NCBI GenBank assembly: GCA_027531395.1
Contig: JAPZRO010000001.1
Coordinates: forward strand, 544,377 to 608,376
Direction of reading: 5' to 3'
DNA from: Porphyrobacter sp.
GTDB taxonomy: Bacteria; Pseudomonadota; Alphaproteobacteria; Sphingomonadales; Sphingomonadaceae
DNA length: 64,000 bases
Translations under genes and position numbers: made by a program
The notes under the pieces: generated by a model
The model's input: only the letters and a program-made list of their open reading frames with translations
What the model was told of the DNA's origin: nothing
The model's database searches: none
Part shown: one piece after another, positions 10,719 through 19,219 of the stretch
Numbering within the stretch: position 1 is the first letter of the stretch
Layout: the number at the start of each line of letters is the position of its first letter

Positions 10719-13151
10719 ATGGCCAGCCGCGCCGTTACGCCCAGAGGCCCTTCCGGCCGCAAGCCTGCCGTCAGCAAGTCCGATGCCGAATGGCGCGCGG
10801 GGCTGCGGCGAGGCCTCCGCCGCCTCGCGCAGATGACGGGGGCCGCGGCGCTGCTGGGGGCGATGGTGTTCCTCGCGCTCGCACTGGTAAGCTACACCCA
10901 GACCGACCCCAGCCCCTCGACCGCCGCCGATCCGGGCGAGGTCGCCAACTGGATGGGCGCTGCCGGCGCCTGGGTGGCCGACCGCGTGCTGCTGGTGTTC
11001 GGCCTGCCCGCCGCGCTGCTGCTGCCGCTGCTCTATGTCAGCGCGCGCAAGCTGTGGCGCGATGTCGAGAACGGCGACGAGGCGGAAACGACCCCCTGGT
11101 GGCTGCCCACCGGCCTGCTGCTGATCGCCATGACCCTGCTCGCTACCGTGCTCAGCCTCGCCTTCGAAGGGCCGGGCGGGACGCTGCCGGCACAGGCGGG
11201 CGGGCTTGCCGGCCTGCTCGGCGCGGGCGCGGTGCAGGCGCTCGCCGCGCGGATCGCGGGCGATGCGCAGGGCTGGGTGATCCTCGGCACGGCGCTGGCC
11301 TGCCTTGCGACCGGTGTCGGCCTTTTGACCCGTATCTTCGCGATCGACTGGCGGGTGCTGATGAGCCTGCCCGAATTTCTCGGTGGCGGGTCGCTCGCCG
11401 GACTGCTGCGCCGGCTTCCGCTGCCGGGCCGCAAGCGAGCGCCGGCCACCGCGCTGGCCTTTGCCGATGACGAGGACGAGGAAGCCCCCGCCCGCCCGCG
11501 CCGCGCCGCAAAGGGCGACGCCGCCCCCGTCACCATCGACGATCGCCCGCGCCGCGCGCCCGAAATCAGCGATCCCTCGGCCCCGCCGCGCCGCGCCGCC
11601 GCAGCCAAAACCGCCCAGCGCGACATGTTCGCGCCCTTCAACCTGCCGAGCCTCGATCTGCTGGCCGAGCCGCCGGTCGACAAGGCGCCCAAGCTCGACA
11701 AGATCGCGCTCGAACGCAACGCCCGCCTGCTCGAAAACGTGCTCGACGATTTCAACGTGAAGGGCGAAATCACCGCGGTGCGCACCGGGCCGGTGGTGAC
11801 GATGTACGAGCTCGAACCCGCGCCCGGCATCAAGGCCAGCCGCGTCGTCGGTCTGGCCGAGGATATCGCCCGCAACATGAGCGCGATCTCCGCACGCGTC
11901 TCGCCGATCCCGGGCCGCACGGTGATGGGCATCGAACTGCCCAACCAGGACCGCCAGATGGTGGCCCTGAAGGAACTCGCCGCCTGCGCCGCCTTTGCCG
12001 AATCCAAGGGCAACCTGCCGATCATCCTCGGCAAGGATATCGCAGGCGAACCGGTGATCGCCGATCTGGCCGCCATGCCGCACCTGCTGGTCGCCGGGAC
12101 CACCGGATCGGGCAAGTCCGTGGGCCTCAACGTCATTCTGCTGAGCCTGCTCTACCGCTTCACACCCTCCGAACTGCGCCTGATCCTGATCGATCCCAAG
12201 GTGCTCGAACTCAAGACCTATGACGACATACCGCACCTGCTCTCGCCGGTGGTGACCGAGCCGGCGAAGTCGGTGCGTGCGCTGAAGTGGGCGGTCGAGG
12301 AAATGGAGCGGCGCTACCGCATGATGAGCGCGATTTCCTCGCGCAACATCAACTCCTTCAACGAGAAGGTCTCCGCCGCAATCGCCAAGGGCAAACCCTT
12401 GGGCCGCCGGGTGCAGACCGGCTTCGACCCCGAAACCGGCGAGCAGCTGTTCGAGGAAGAACAGCTCGATTACCAGCCGCTGCCGCAAATCGTGCTGATC
12501 GTCGACGAACTCGCCGACCTGATGGTGACGGTCGGCAAGGAAATCGAAGTGCTGATCCAGCGCCTCAGCCAGAAGAGCCGCGCAGCGGGCATTCACCTCA
12601 TCATGGCGACACAGCGCCCCTCGGTGGACGTCATCACCGGCGTCATCAAGGCCAACCTGCCGACCCGCATCAGCTTCAAGGTGACCAGCCGGATCGACAG
12701 CCGCACCATCCTCGGCGAGCAGGGGGCGGAGCAGCTGCTGGGCAAGGGCGACATGCTCTACAAGCCCAACACCGGCGCGATGGTGCGCGTCCATGGCCCG
12801 TTCGTGTCCGACGAGGAAGTCGAGGCCGTGGCCGATTTCTGGCGCGGACAGGGCTCGCCCGAATATGTCGATGCCGTCACCGAGGAACCCGAGGACGGCT
12901 TCGGCGGCTTCGGCTTCGATGACGATCTCACCGCTTCCGACAACCCGGAAGAGCGCAAGTACCGGCAGGCCTGCCAGATCGTGTTCGAGAACCAGAAGGC
13001 GTCCGGTTCGTGGCTCCAGCGCCAGATGGGCGTGGGCTACAACACGGCGGCCAAATGGATCGAGCGGATGGAGGAGGACGGCTTCGTCGGCCCCGCCAAC
13101 CACGTCGGCCGCCGCGAGATCTACCGCGACAAGGACGGCAATCCGCTCTGA
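10719..13151 (+). CDS. ftsK: DNA translocase FtsK
   Basis: 810 aa. N-terminal TM helices, Pro/Ala-rich linker, motor domain with Walker A GTTGSGKS, and a C-terminal gamma domain. AGGAGA RBS. Confidence 0.95.
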   Translation: MASRAVTPRGPSGRKPAVSKSDAEWRAGLRRGLRRLAQMTGAAALLGAMVFLALALVSYTQTDPSPSTAADPGEVANWMGAAGAWVADRVLLVFGLPAALLLPLLYVSARKLWRDVENGDEAETTPWWLPTGLLLIAMTLLATVLSLAFEGPGGTLPAQAGGLAGLLGAGAVQALAARIAGDAQGWVILGTALACLATGVGLLTRIFAIDWRVLMSLPEFLGGGSLAGLLRRLPLPGRKRAPATALAFADDEDEEAPARPRRAAKGDAAPVTIDDRPRRAPEISDPSAPPRRAAAAKTAQRDMFAPFNLPSLDLLAEPPVDKAPKLDKIALERNARLLENVLDDFNVKGEITAVRTGPVVTMYELEPAPGIKASRVVGLAEDIARNMSAISARVSPIPGRTVMGIELPNQDRQMVALKELAACAAFAESKGNLPIILGKDIAGEPVIADLAAMPHLLVAGTTGSGKSVGLNVILLSLLYRFTPSELRLILIDPKVLELKTYDDIPHLLSPVVTEPAKSVRALKWAVEEMERRYRMMSAISSRNINSFNEKVSAAIAKGKPLGRRVQTGFDPETGEQLFEEEQLDYQPLPQIVLIVDELADLMVTVGKEIEVLIQRLSQKSRAAGIHLIMATQRPSVDVITGVIKANLPTRISFKVTSRIDSRTILGEQGAEQLLGKGDMLYKPNTGAMVRVHGPFVSDEEVEAVADFWRGQGSPEYVDAVTEEPEDGFGGFGFDDDLTASDNPEERKYRQACQIVFENQKASGSWLQRQMGVGYNTAAKWIERMEEDGFVGPANHVGRREIYRDKDGNPL

Positions 13152-13215
13152 CCCGCGCGGGCCGGCATGAGCCCCCGCCGAGACCAATCTGCTCGCCTTT
13201 GCAGATAAATCTCGT

Positions 13216-13235
13216 GGTTATCGGTTACGGTTAGG
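13216..13235 (+). promoter_or_regulatory. triple GGTTA direct repeat in an AT-rich island upstream of the OMP/7TM/ATP-grasp operon
   Basis: GGTTAtcGGTTAcGGTTAgg lies inside the only AT-rich stretch (13195-13255) of the ftsK-OMP intergenic region, about 55-75 nt upstream of ATG 13290. Confidence 0.25.
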
Positions 13236-13289
13236 ATTTTCTAAACGGCCTCCCCGTAGGGCTGCGTAAGTCAACGGGGGGACATCTTC

Positions 13290-14204
13290 ATGCATATCAC
13301 CTTTCCAGCGCTCATCCGGACGCTGGCCATGCTCCTTGCAATCGTTTGTGCGTCGGGGGCGGCCGCGCAGGACAGTAGCTGGACGCTCCAGCCCGATGCC
13401 CGCATCGAGGTCCAGACGGTCAGCGCCCAGACCACCACGCGCGACGATGACCTGGTGGTTGACGGCGAGGCGATTTCGGTGCGCGGACAGGTCGGTGTGG
13501 CGCTCGAAAAGCGCGGCGTGCGGCTGCGCGTCGAGGCGGACCGGATCGAGGTGTTCCGGCTGGGTGACGGGCGTCCCGACATTGCCCGCGACCGCTTCAC
13601 CGCAACGCTCCAAACCGACATCGAGAAGGACTGGGAACTGCAACTGCAGGCCCGCCACTTCGACGATTATGTCTCGGTCGAGGCCGCCGATACCGACGAA
13701 TGGCAAGGCTCGGCCCGGCTGACATGGGAACCGCGCAACGAACACCGGGTGCGCGTGCAGGGCACCTGGCGGGAACGCGAATATGACGATGGCACGCCGA
13801 TCGAGACCACCGGCGAAGGCCCGCGCGTCGATGCCCAATACCGCCGCCGCTTCGGGGCCAATCACTTTCTCGCCTTCGACCTGCGCGCTGAGGAAATCCG
13901 CTCGGACGATGCCCGCCGCGGCTACGAGCGCCAGTCGGCCGGGGTCGCCTATACCAGGCCGGTCGCGCCCGATCTGCGCGTGCGCCCGGCGATCGAGGTG
14001 ATCCGCACCCGCTTCGACGGCCGGATCACCGCGGCAGGCGAACGCCGCCGCGACCGGCTGGTGGTACCCGAAGTCGAGCTGCTGTGGTGGCCCGGCAAGT
14101 GGCGCATCGAGGCCGAGGCCAAGTATATCTTCACCGGCAGCAACGAACCCGTGCGCGAGCGCGAGGGTTACCGGCTGACCCTGTCGCTGGGTTACGCCTT
14201 CTGA
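13290..14204 (+). CDS. predicted outer-membrane beta-barrel protein
   Basis: 304 aa. Signal peptide (LAMLLAIVCASGAAAQD), alternating amphipathic strands rich in R/E/D/W/Y, and C-terminal ...LTLSLGYAF typical of OMP termini. GGGGGGA RBS. No named family recognised. Confidence 0.6.
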   Translation: MHITFPALIRTLAMLLAIVCASGAAAQDSSWTLQPDARIEVQTVSAQTTTRDDDLVVDGEAISVRGQVGVALEKRGVRLRVEADRIEVFRLGDGRPDIARDRFTATLQTDIEKDWELQLQARHFDDYVSVEAADTDEWQGSARLTWEPRNEHRVRVQGTWREREYDDGTPIETTGEGPRVDAQYRRRFGANHFLAFDLRAEEIRSDDARRGYERQSAGVAYTRPVAPDLRVRPAIEVIRTRFDGRITAAGERRRDRLVVPEVELLWWPGKWRIEAEAKYIFTGSNEPVREREGYRLTLSLGYAF

Positions 14205-14205
14205 G

Positions 14206-15351
14206 ATGATCGCACGGGTTGCCCAGGTCTGGAGGCGGGCTACCCCGCAGGTACGGCGTCCTGTGTACGTCGGCCTGGCCGTCGGCTTCGTGCTGGCGGC
14301 GCTGGTTGCGCTTGGCGTGGCCAATACCGATGCCTTCTTCGTCCTGCCCTCCTCGCTCGACGGCGTCGCCACCTCGCAGGCGATCTGGGGGCTGAAGCCC
14401 TCCAACCTGCTGATGGTGCTGCCGCTGGGCGCGTTCCTGGTGGTGCTGGCGCGCAGTTTCGTCGGCCTCAAGGCCTTCGGCCTGTTCACCCCGATGCTGA
14501 TCGCGCTCGCCTTCCTTCAGATCGGCCCGATCATGGGGCCGGTGGTGCTGTGTTCCTCGGTCGCAGTCGGCATGATCGTCACGCCGAGCCTGCTCAAGCT
14601 GCGCATGACCCGCGTCGGCTTTCTCGGGGTGCTGATCTCGCTGATCGTGCTGGTGCTGGTGGCGCTGATGATGGTGCTCGATACCGAGCTTCAGGTCGAC
14701 GCCTTCCCTGTGATCGTCTGCGCGCTGGTGGTCGAGCGGTGGTGGAAGCAGGTCGGCAAGGACGGCGCCAAGCCGGCCGCCAAGATGGCGTTCAATACCT
14801 TTGTGCTGGCGGTGGTGATCGAGTTCGTGATGGTCTCGCACTTCGCGCTGGCGCTGATCGAATGGTCGCCGCTGCTGATGCCGGCCTTCACCGCGATCGC
14901 GATCGGCATTCTCGGCCGATACCGCGGACTGCGCCTGTCCGAAATTCACCGCTTCCTCCCGATATGGCTTGAGAGACGACGAAATGCCCGCAATCCGACA
15001 TCTGCTGAGGAGCCTCTGGAAGAGGACTTCGCCAGCGCCGAAATCCACGATACCGGCGGCGCCCACCCGCCGGCGTTCACCACGTGGATTATACGTAGTC
15101 GCGACGACCTCCCCTGGAAGCCCGTCATCGTCGGGCAGCGCAAGCCGTATCGCAAGCCCTACCGAAAGCCCCGCATCACCCGCACCGGCCCGATCAACGG
15201 TCGCGGCACCTGGCCCATCCTCTCGGTCGCGGACCTCTGGCCGCCGGACTGGAGCCGCGATGATGGAGATGGACGAGATTCTCGGCATCAACATGCGCAA
15301 CGCTCTGATCGCGAAATACAATCCCCGGCACGCTATCGAGCGCGCGCGTGA
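14206..15351 (+). CDS. 7TM membrane protein of the 7TM_transglut type, lacking the transglutaminase-like domain, with a ~130-aa charged C-terminal tail
   Basis: ATG sits 1 nt after the OMP stop. Blocks VGLKAFGLFTPMLIALAF and ILGRYRGLRLSE match the 7TM module that partners RimK-related ATP-grasp enzymes. The frame stays open and keeps high GC3 to about 15258, then overlaps the next gene to the stop at 15351. Confidence 0.75.
   Translation: MIARVAQVWRRATPQVRRPVYVGLAVGFVLAALVALGVANTDAFFVLPSSLDGVATSQAIWGLKPSNLLMVLPLGAFLVVLARSFVGLKAFGLFTPMLIALAFLQIGPIMGPVVLCSSVAVGMIVTPSLLKLRMTRVGFLGVLISLIVLVLVALMMVLDTELQVDAFPVIVCALVVERWWKQVGKDGAKPAAKMAFNTFVLAVVIEFVMVSHFALALIEWSPLLMPAFTAIAIGILGRYRGLRLSEIHRFLPIWLERRRNARNPTSAEEPLEEDFASAEIHDTGGAHPPAFTTWIIRSRDDLPWKPVIVGQRKPYRKPYRKPRITRTGPINGRGTWPILSVADLWPPDWSRDDGDGRDSRHQHAQRSDREIQSPARYRARA
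15139..15174 (+). repeat. in-frame 12-nt tandem repeat x3 encoding RKPY-RKPY-RKPR
   Basis: cgc aag ccg tat / cgc aag ccc tac / cga aag ccc cgc. The copies differ only at synonymous third positions, apart from the last codon. Confidence 0.9.
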
Positions 15352-16129
15352 CAAGGTCGCGGCCAAGCGCGCGCTCGAGGCGGCAGGGATCTCCTGCACC
15401 GGCACCGTCGCGGTTCTCGAGGACAACCAGCAGGTCGCCAATTTCAAGCCCTCCCGCGACATGCCCGATGCCTGGGCGATCAAACCCGCGCGGGGATCGC
15501 AGGGCGACGGCATCCTGCTCGCGGTCCGGCGCGAGGGGAACACCTGGTTCAAGGGATCGGGCACCCCGCTGCCCGAGGACGCGGTGATGCACCACATCCA
15601 GAAGGTCGTCGATGGCGGCTTCTCGGGCGATTCGGCGGCCGAGGACGCAGCGCTGATCGAGCCGCTGATCATCGCCGATCCGGCGCTTTCCCGCATCGTG
15701 CCGGAGGGCCTGCCGGACCTGCGCGTCATCAGCTTGCACTACACGCCCCTGATGGCGATGGTGCGCCTGCCCACCATCGAGAGCGACGGCAAGGCCAACC
15801 TCCACCAGCGCGCGATCGGGGCGGGGATCGATATGGAGACCGGCAAGATCACCCGCGCAGTGGTCAAGGGCACGCCGATCACCCATCACCCTGACACGGG
15901 CGTCAATCTGATCGGGTTCGAGATTCCGGGCTGGAAGCGGGTGCTGGAGCTGGCGTCGAAATGCGGGCCGGCGGTGGGCCTCGGCTATTGCGGGGCGGAC
16001 ATCGTGCTCGACGTCAACGATGGCCCGCTGGTGATCGAGGTCAATGCCCACCCGGGGATCGAGATCCAGAATATCTGCCAGGCCGGCCTCAGGGCGCGGA
16101 TCGCGGCGACGGGCGAGGATTTCCGCTAG
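15260..16129 (+). CDS. alpha-L-glutamate-ligase-related (RimK-related, sugar-transfer-associated) ATP-grasp protein
   Basis: MMEMDEILGINMRNALIAKYNPR..., AIKPARGSQGDGIL, MAMVRLPTIESDGKANLHQRAIGAGID, ITHHPDTG, GADIVLDVNDGPLVIEVNAHPG. Start set at ATG 15260, behind GGAG at 15251. The track start 14969 adds an S/P/R/T-rich, low-GC3 stretch. Confidence 0.85.
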   Translation: MMEMDEILGINMRNALIAKYNPRHAIERARDKVAAKRALEAAGISCTGTVAVLEDNQQVANFKPSRDMPDAWAIKPARGSQGDGILLAVRREGNTWFKGSGTPLPEDAVMHHIQKVVDGGFSGDSAAEDAALIEPLIIADPALSRIVPEGLPDLRVISLHYTPLMAMVRLPTIESDGKANLHQRAIGAGIDMETGKITRAVVKGTPITHHPDTGVNLIGFEIPGWKRVLELASKCGPAVGLGYCGADIVLDVNDGPLVIEVNAHPGIEIQNICQAGLRARIAATGEDFR

Positions 16130-16284
16130 GCAGCAGCGCGGCGCGCGCCGACGGGCGAAGATGCACTTCTGCAACGTCCCGAAACTGTAAATCCGGCGTC
16201 ACCGGGCCTTCACGCGCCCGTCGCGGCAGCGTCACCATCGCCTGTCACGGGGGGGCCTCTCTCCAGCAACAGGGAAGCCCAACC

Positions 16285-18654
16285 ATGCTCCGCACCACTT
16301 TGTCGCGCGTTTCACCGATCGCGCTTGCCGCCGTTCTTGCCGCCGCTCCGCAGGCCGCCTTCGCGCAGGACGCCGAAGCCCCGGCCGAGGACGAGCGTTC
16401 CGGCAACCAGATCATCGTCACCGCGCAGAAGATCGAGCAGCGCGCGCAGGACGTGCCGATCACCATCTCGGCCGTGAGCGGCGAGCAGATCCGCGAACTG
16501 GGCGTCAATGATCTCGACGAGCTGTCGAACTACATCCCCGGCCTCAACATCCAGGAGCAGAGCGCCAACAACCCCGGCGTGGTGATCCGCGGGATTACCT
16601 CGGACTCGGGCTCGGCGCAGCAGGGGCCGCGGGTCACGCTCTATTACAACGGCGTCGACATCTCGCGCTCGCGCGGGTCCTATCAGGCGATCTACGATCT
16701 CGAGCGGGTCGAGGTGATCAAGGGCCCGCAGGCAACCCTGTTCGGCACCGCCAGCGCCGTGGGCGCGATCAGCCTCGTCTCGGCCCGCCCGCGCGAGGGC
16801 TTCTCCGGCCAGATTACCGGCGGCTACGGCAATTTCGAACAGACCCTGCTGTCGGGCTTCCTCAATGCCGGCTCCGACGTGCTGGCCGGGCGCATTGCCT
16901 TCGAATGGCGCGCCCGTGACGGCTATATCGAAAACCTCTCGCCCAATCAGGACGAGGAGCTTTACGCGCAGGACCAGCTCGGGGTGCGCGCCTCGCTGCG
17001 CTACACGCCGACCAGCGACATCACCGTCGATCTGATCGGCACCTACGACCAGCAGCGCAACGGCGGCACGCCCTTCGTCTCGGGCCGCTTCCCGGGCTTT
17101 CTGGGCGCGCCGGGCGGAGCGGCCAATGCTTTCGGCCCCGCCAATCTCGGCGGCAATCCGGGCGCGGCAGCGGTGCTGGGCGACGACCAGCTCGGCCTCA
17201 ACCGCGAGGTCTATGACCTGAACCTGACGCTCGAATATGCCTTCGCCGACGATTGGACCTTCACCACCGTCAACGGCTATCGCGAATTCGACAGCGCCGA
17301 GGTGTTCGATGCCGACGGCTCGGCCGCGCCCTTCCTCGAATTCGCCGAGATCGCGGACGGCTGGCAGGTCAGCCACGAAGGCCGCTTCAGCTATGCCGGC
17401 AGCAGCCTGCGGGCGAGCGCGGGGTGGAACGTCTTCATCGAGGACGGCCGCCAGAACGTGCCCTTCGCGACCGAGGAAGGCACCTTCCTCCAGTGCCTCA
17501 GCTCGCTGTTCGGCGCGCCGCTGATCCCGGGCATTCCCTGCGTTGCGCCCAATGGCAGTGTGCCGGCCGCCGGCGTGACCGCGATCGCCACCGGCGGGGC
17601 CTTCCAGGCGATCCCCTATGCCTCGGTGTTCGAGAACCAGGGCCGCAACGAGGCCTATTCGGTGTTCGCCGACGCCACCTGGCTGGCGAGCGACGCCTTC
17701 GAACTGACGGCGGGCGTGCGGTTCCTGTGGGAGTATCGCAAGTCCGGCTTTTTCGCCAACGTGCCCAACTCGGTGCTTAGCCGTGCGCCGCTGATCCCCG
17801 GACAGATCGACACCGGCGGGCGCACCTTCACCGCCGATGAAAGCTTCACCGCCGCCCTGCCGCGCGTCAACGCGCTCTACCGCATCAGCGACGATGTGAA
17901 CGTCTTCGCCACCGTGTCCAAGGGCCGCCGCTCGCCGGTGGTGCAGGTCAATGCCGCGCGCCGCGCCGGTGTGGTCGAGCCCAACGTGGTCGATGTCGCG
18001 CAGGAAATCGTGTGGAACTACGAAGGCGGGGTGAAGCTCGCGAGCGGCCCGGTGTCGGGCTCGCTCGGGGTCTATTACCAGGTCTACGACAACTTCCAGG
18101 TCTCGGTTGCCCAGCTCGACGCCAACGGCAACCCGACCGGCGCCTTCGTCACCGCCAGCGCGGGCAAGGCCTCGAACCTCGGGGTCGAAGCCGAAGTGTC
18201 GATCGAAGTGGCCGACTGGCTGCGGGTGTTCGGCAATGTCGGCTTCATCGACGGCGGGATCGACAAGGACGGGGCCTTCTCACCCGCCTTCTCTGGTGCC
18301 CGCTTCCGGCTCCAGCCCGAATGGCAGGGCGCGGCTGGCTTCACCATCGACAAGGATCTGGGCGGCGGCATGCGCCTGTTCGCCACGCCGAGCGTGACCT
18401 ATCGCAGCAAGATCTTCTTCGAGGTGCCCAACAACCCGCTGATTGCGCAGGATGCGGTGACGCTGGTCAACGCGCGCGCGGGGGTAAGCTTTGCCGATGA
18501 CCGCTACGAGATCGCGGGCTTCATCCGCAACGCCACGGGCGAGGACTACCTGCTCGATGCGGGCAACACCGGCGGGGCCTTCACCATCCCCACCTTCATC
18601 CCGGCCGAACCGCGCTTCTACGGCATCCAGCTGACCGCGCGCTTCGGCAACTGA
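16285..18654 (+). CDS. TonB-dependent receptor
   Basis: Signal peptide (IALAAVLAAAPQAAFAQD), plug motifs (IIVTAQK, DVPITISAV, RVEVIKGPQATLFG) and a long barrel. Start trimmed to ATG 16285, behind an AGGGAAG RBS. Confidence 0.9.
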   Translation: MLRTTLSRVSPIALAAVLAAAPQAAFAQDAEAPAEDERSGNQIIVTAQKIEQRAQDVPITISAVSGEQIRELGVNDLDELSNYIPGLNIQEQSANNPGVVIRGITSDSGSAQQGPRVTLYYNGVDISRSRGSYQAIYDLERVEVIKGPQATLFGTASAVGAISLVSARPREGFSGQITGGYGNFEQTLLSGFLNAGSDVLAGRIAFEWRARDGYIENLSPNQDEELYAQDQLGVRASLRYTPTSDITVDLIGTYDQQRNGGTPFVSGRFPGFLGAPGGAANAFGPANLGGNPGAAAVLGDDQLGLNREVYDLNLTLEYAFADDWTFTTVNGYREFDSAEVFDADGSAAPFLEFAEIADGWQVSHEGRFSYAGSSLRASAGWNVFIEDGRQNVPFATEEGTFLQCLSSLFGAPLIPGIPCVAPNGSVPAAGVTAIATGGAFQAIPYASVFENQGRNEAYSVFADATWLASDAFELTAGVRFLWEYRKSGFFANVPNSVLSRAPLIPGQIDTGGRTFTADESFTAALPRVNALYRISDDVNVFATVSKGRRSPVVQVNAARRAGVVEPNVVDVAQEIVWNYEGGVKLASGPVSGSLGVYYQVYDNFQVSVAQLDANGNPTGAFVTASAGKASNLGVEAEVSIEVADWLRVFGNVGFIDGGIDKDGAFSPAFSGARFRLQPEWQGAAGFTIDKDLGGGMRLFATPSVTYRSKIFFEVPNNPLIAQDAVTLVNARAGVSFADDRYEIAGFIRNATGEDYLLDAGNTGGAFTIPTFIPAEPRFYGIQLTARFGN

Positions 18655-18661
18655 AGGCGGG

Positions 18662-19219
18662 TTAGCGGCTCATGATCGGGGGCGGGAGGCGCAGGTCTTC
18701 CGCCCCTTCGTTTTGCGCGTCGCGCTCGGCGATTTCCTCAGGGGTGAGCGGGCGGAAGCGGATGGCGATGGGCGTGAAGCTGCCGTCCTCGCGCTGGCGG
18801 ATCGTCACGATCCCGCGCTGGTCGGATTTCTGGAGCTGTTGCTGCAATTCCGTGGCCCGGTCTTGTCCGATATAGAGCCGCCCGCGCATCAGCGCGTCCC
18901 AGCCATAGACCCCGCTGCCTTGCGCGCGGACCGGATGGGTGCAGGGCTGGCCTGTCGGCAGCACGGTGACCGCTGCCAGCTGCGGCGCCTCGCCCGAAAG
19001 GCATAGCGCCTCGGGGGGAACATCGCGGAATTCGTCGATGCCCGGCCAGCCATAGGTGAACTCGACATAGTGCCCGCGCAGGAAGTCGCGCGGATCGAAC
19101 CCCTCGATCGGTACCTCCCATTCGGTGCCGGTGCGGTAATGGCTGTCGCTCTGCACCCACAGACCGGCGAGACCGGCAAGCGGGAGGATGACAGCGAGCA
19201 GACGGGCGGCGCGCATCAT
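18662..19219 (-). CDS. GDYXXLXY-domain protein
   Basis: 185 aa. N-terminal anchor (MMRAARLLAVILPLAGLAGLW) and DPRDFLRGHYVEFTY, which corresponds to the family GDYXXLXY block. The ATG overlaps the upstream stop (ATGA). Confidence 0.8.
   Translation of the reverse strand: MMRAARLLAVILPLAGLAGLWVQSDSHYRTGTEWEVPIEGFDPRDFLRGHYVEFTYGWPGIDEFRDVPPEALCLSGEAPQLAAVTVLPTGQPCTHPVRAQGSGVYGWDALMRGRLYIGQDRATELQQQLQKSDQRGIVTIRQREDGSFTPIAIRFRPLTPEEIAERDAQNEGAEDLRLPPPIMSR

Noticed and set aside
14969-15259. N-terminal 97-codon extension of the ATP-grasp ORF as given in the track
   Set aside because: The extension is S/P/R/T-rich with lower GC3 than the overlapping 7TM frame. Family homology begins at ...EILGINMRNA, and GGAG precedes ATG 15260.
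16130-16284. Riboswitch or Fur/Pho site upstream of the second TonB-dependent receptor
   Set aside because: Only scattered GTCAC repeats with irregular spacing (13 nt) are present, and no recognisable conserved riboswitch core.
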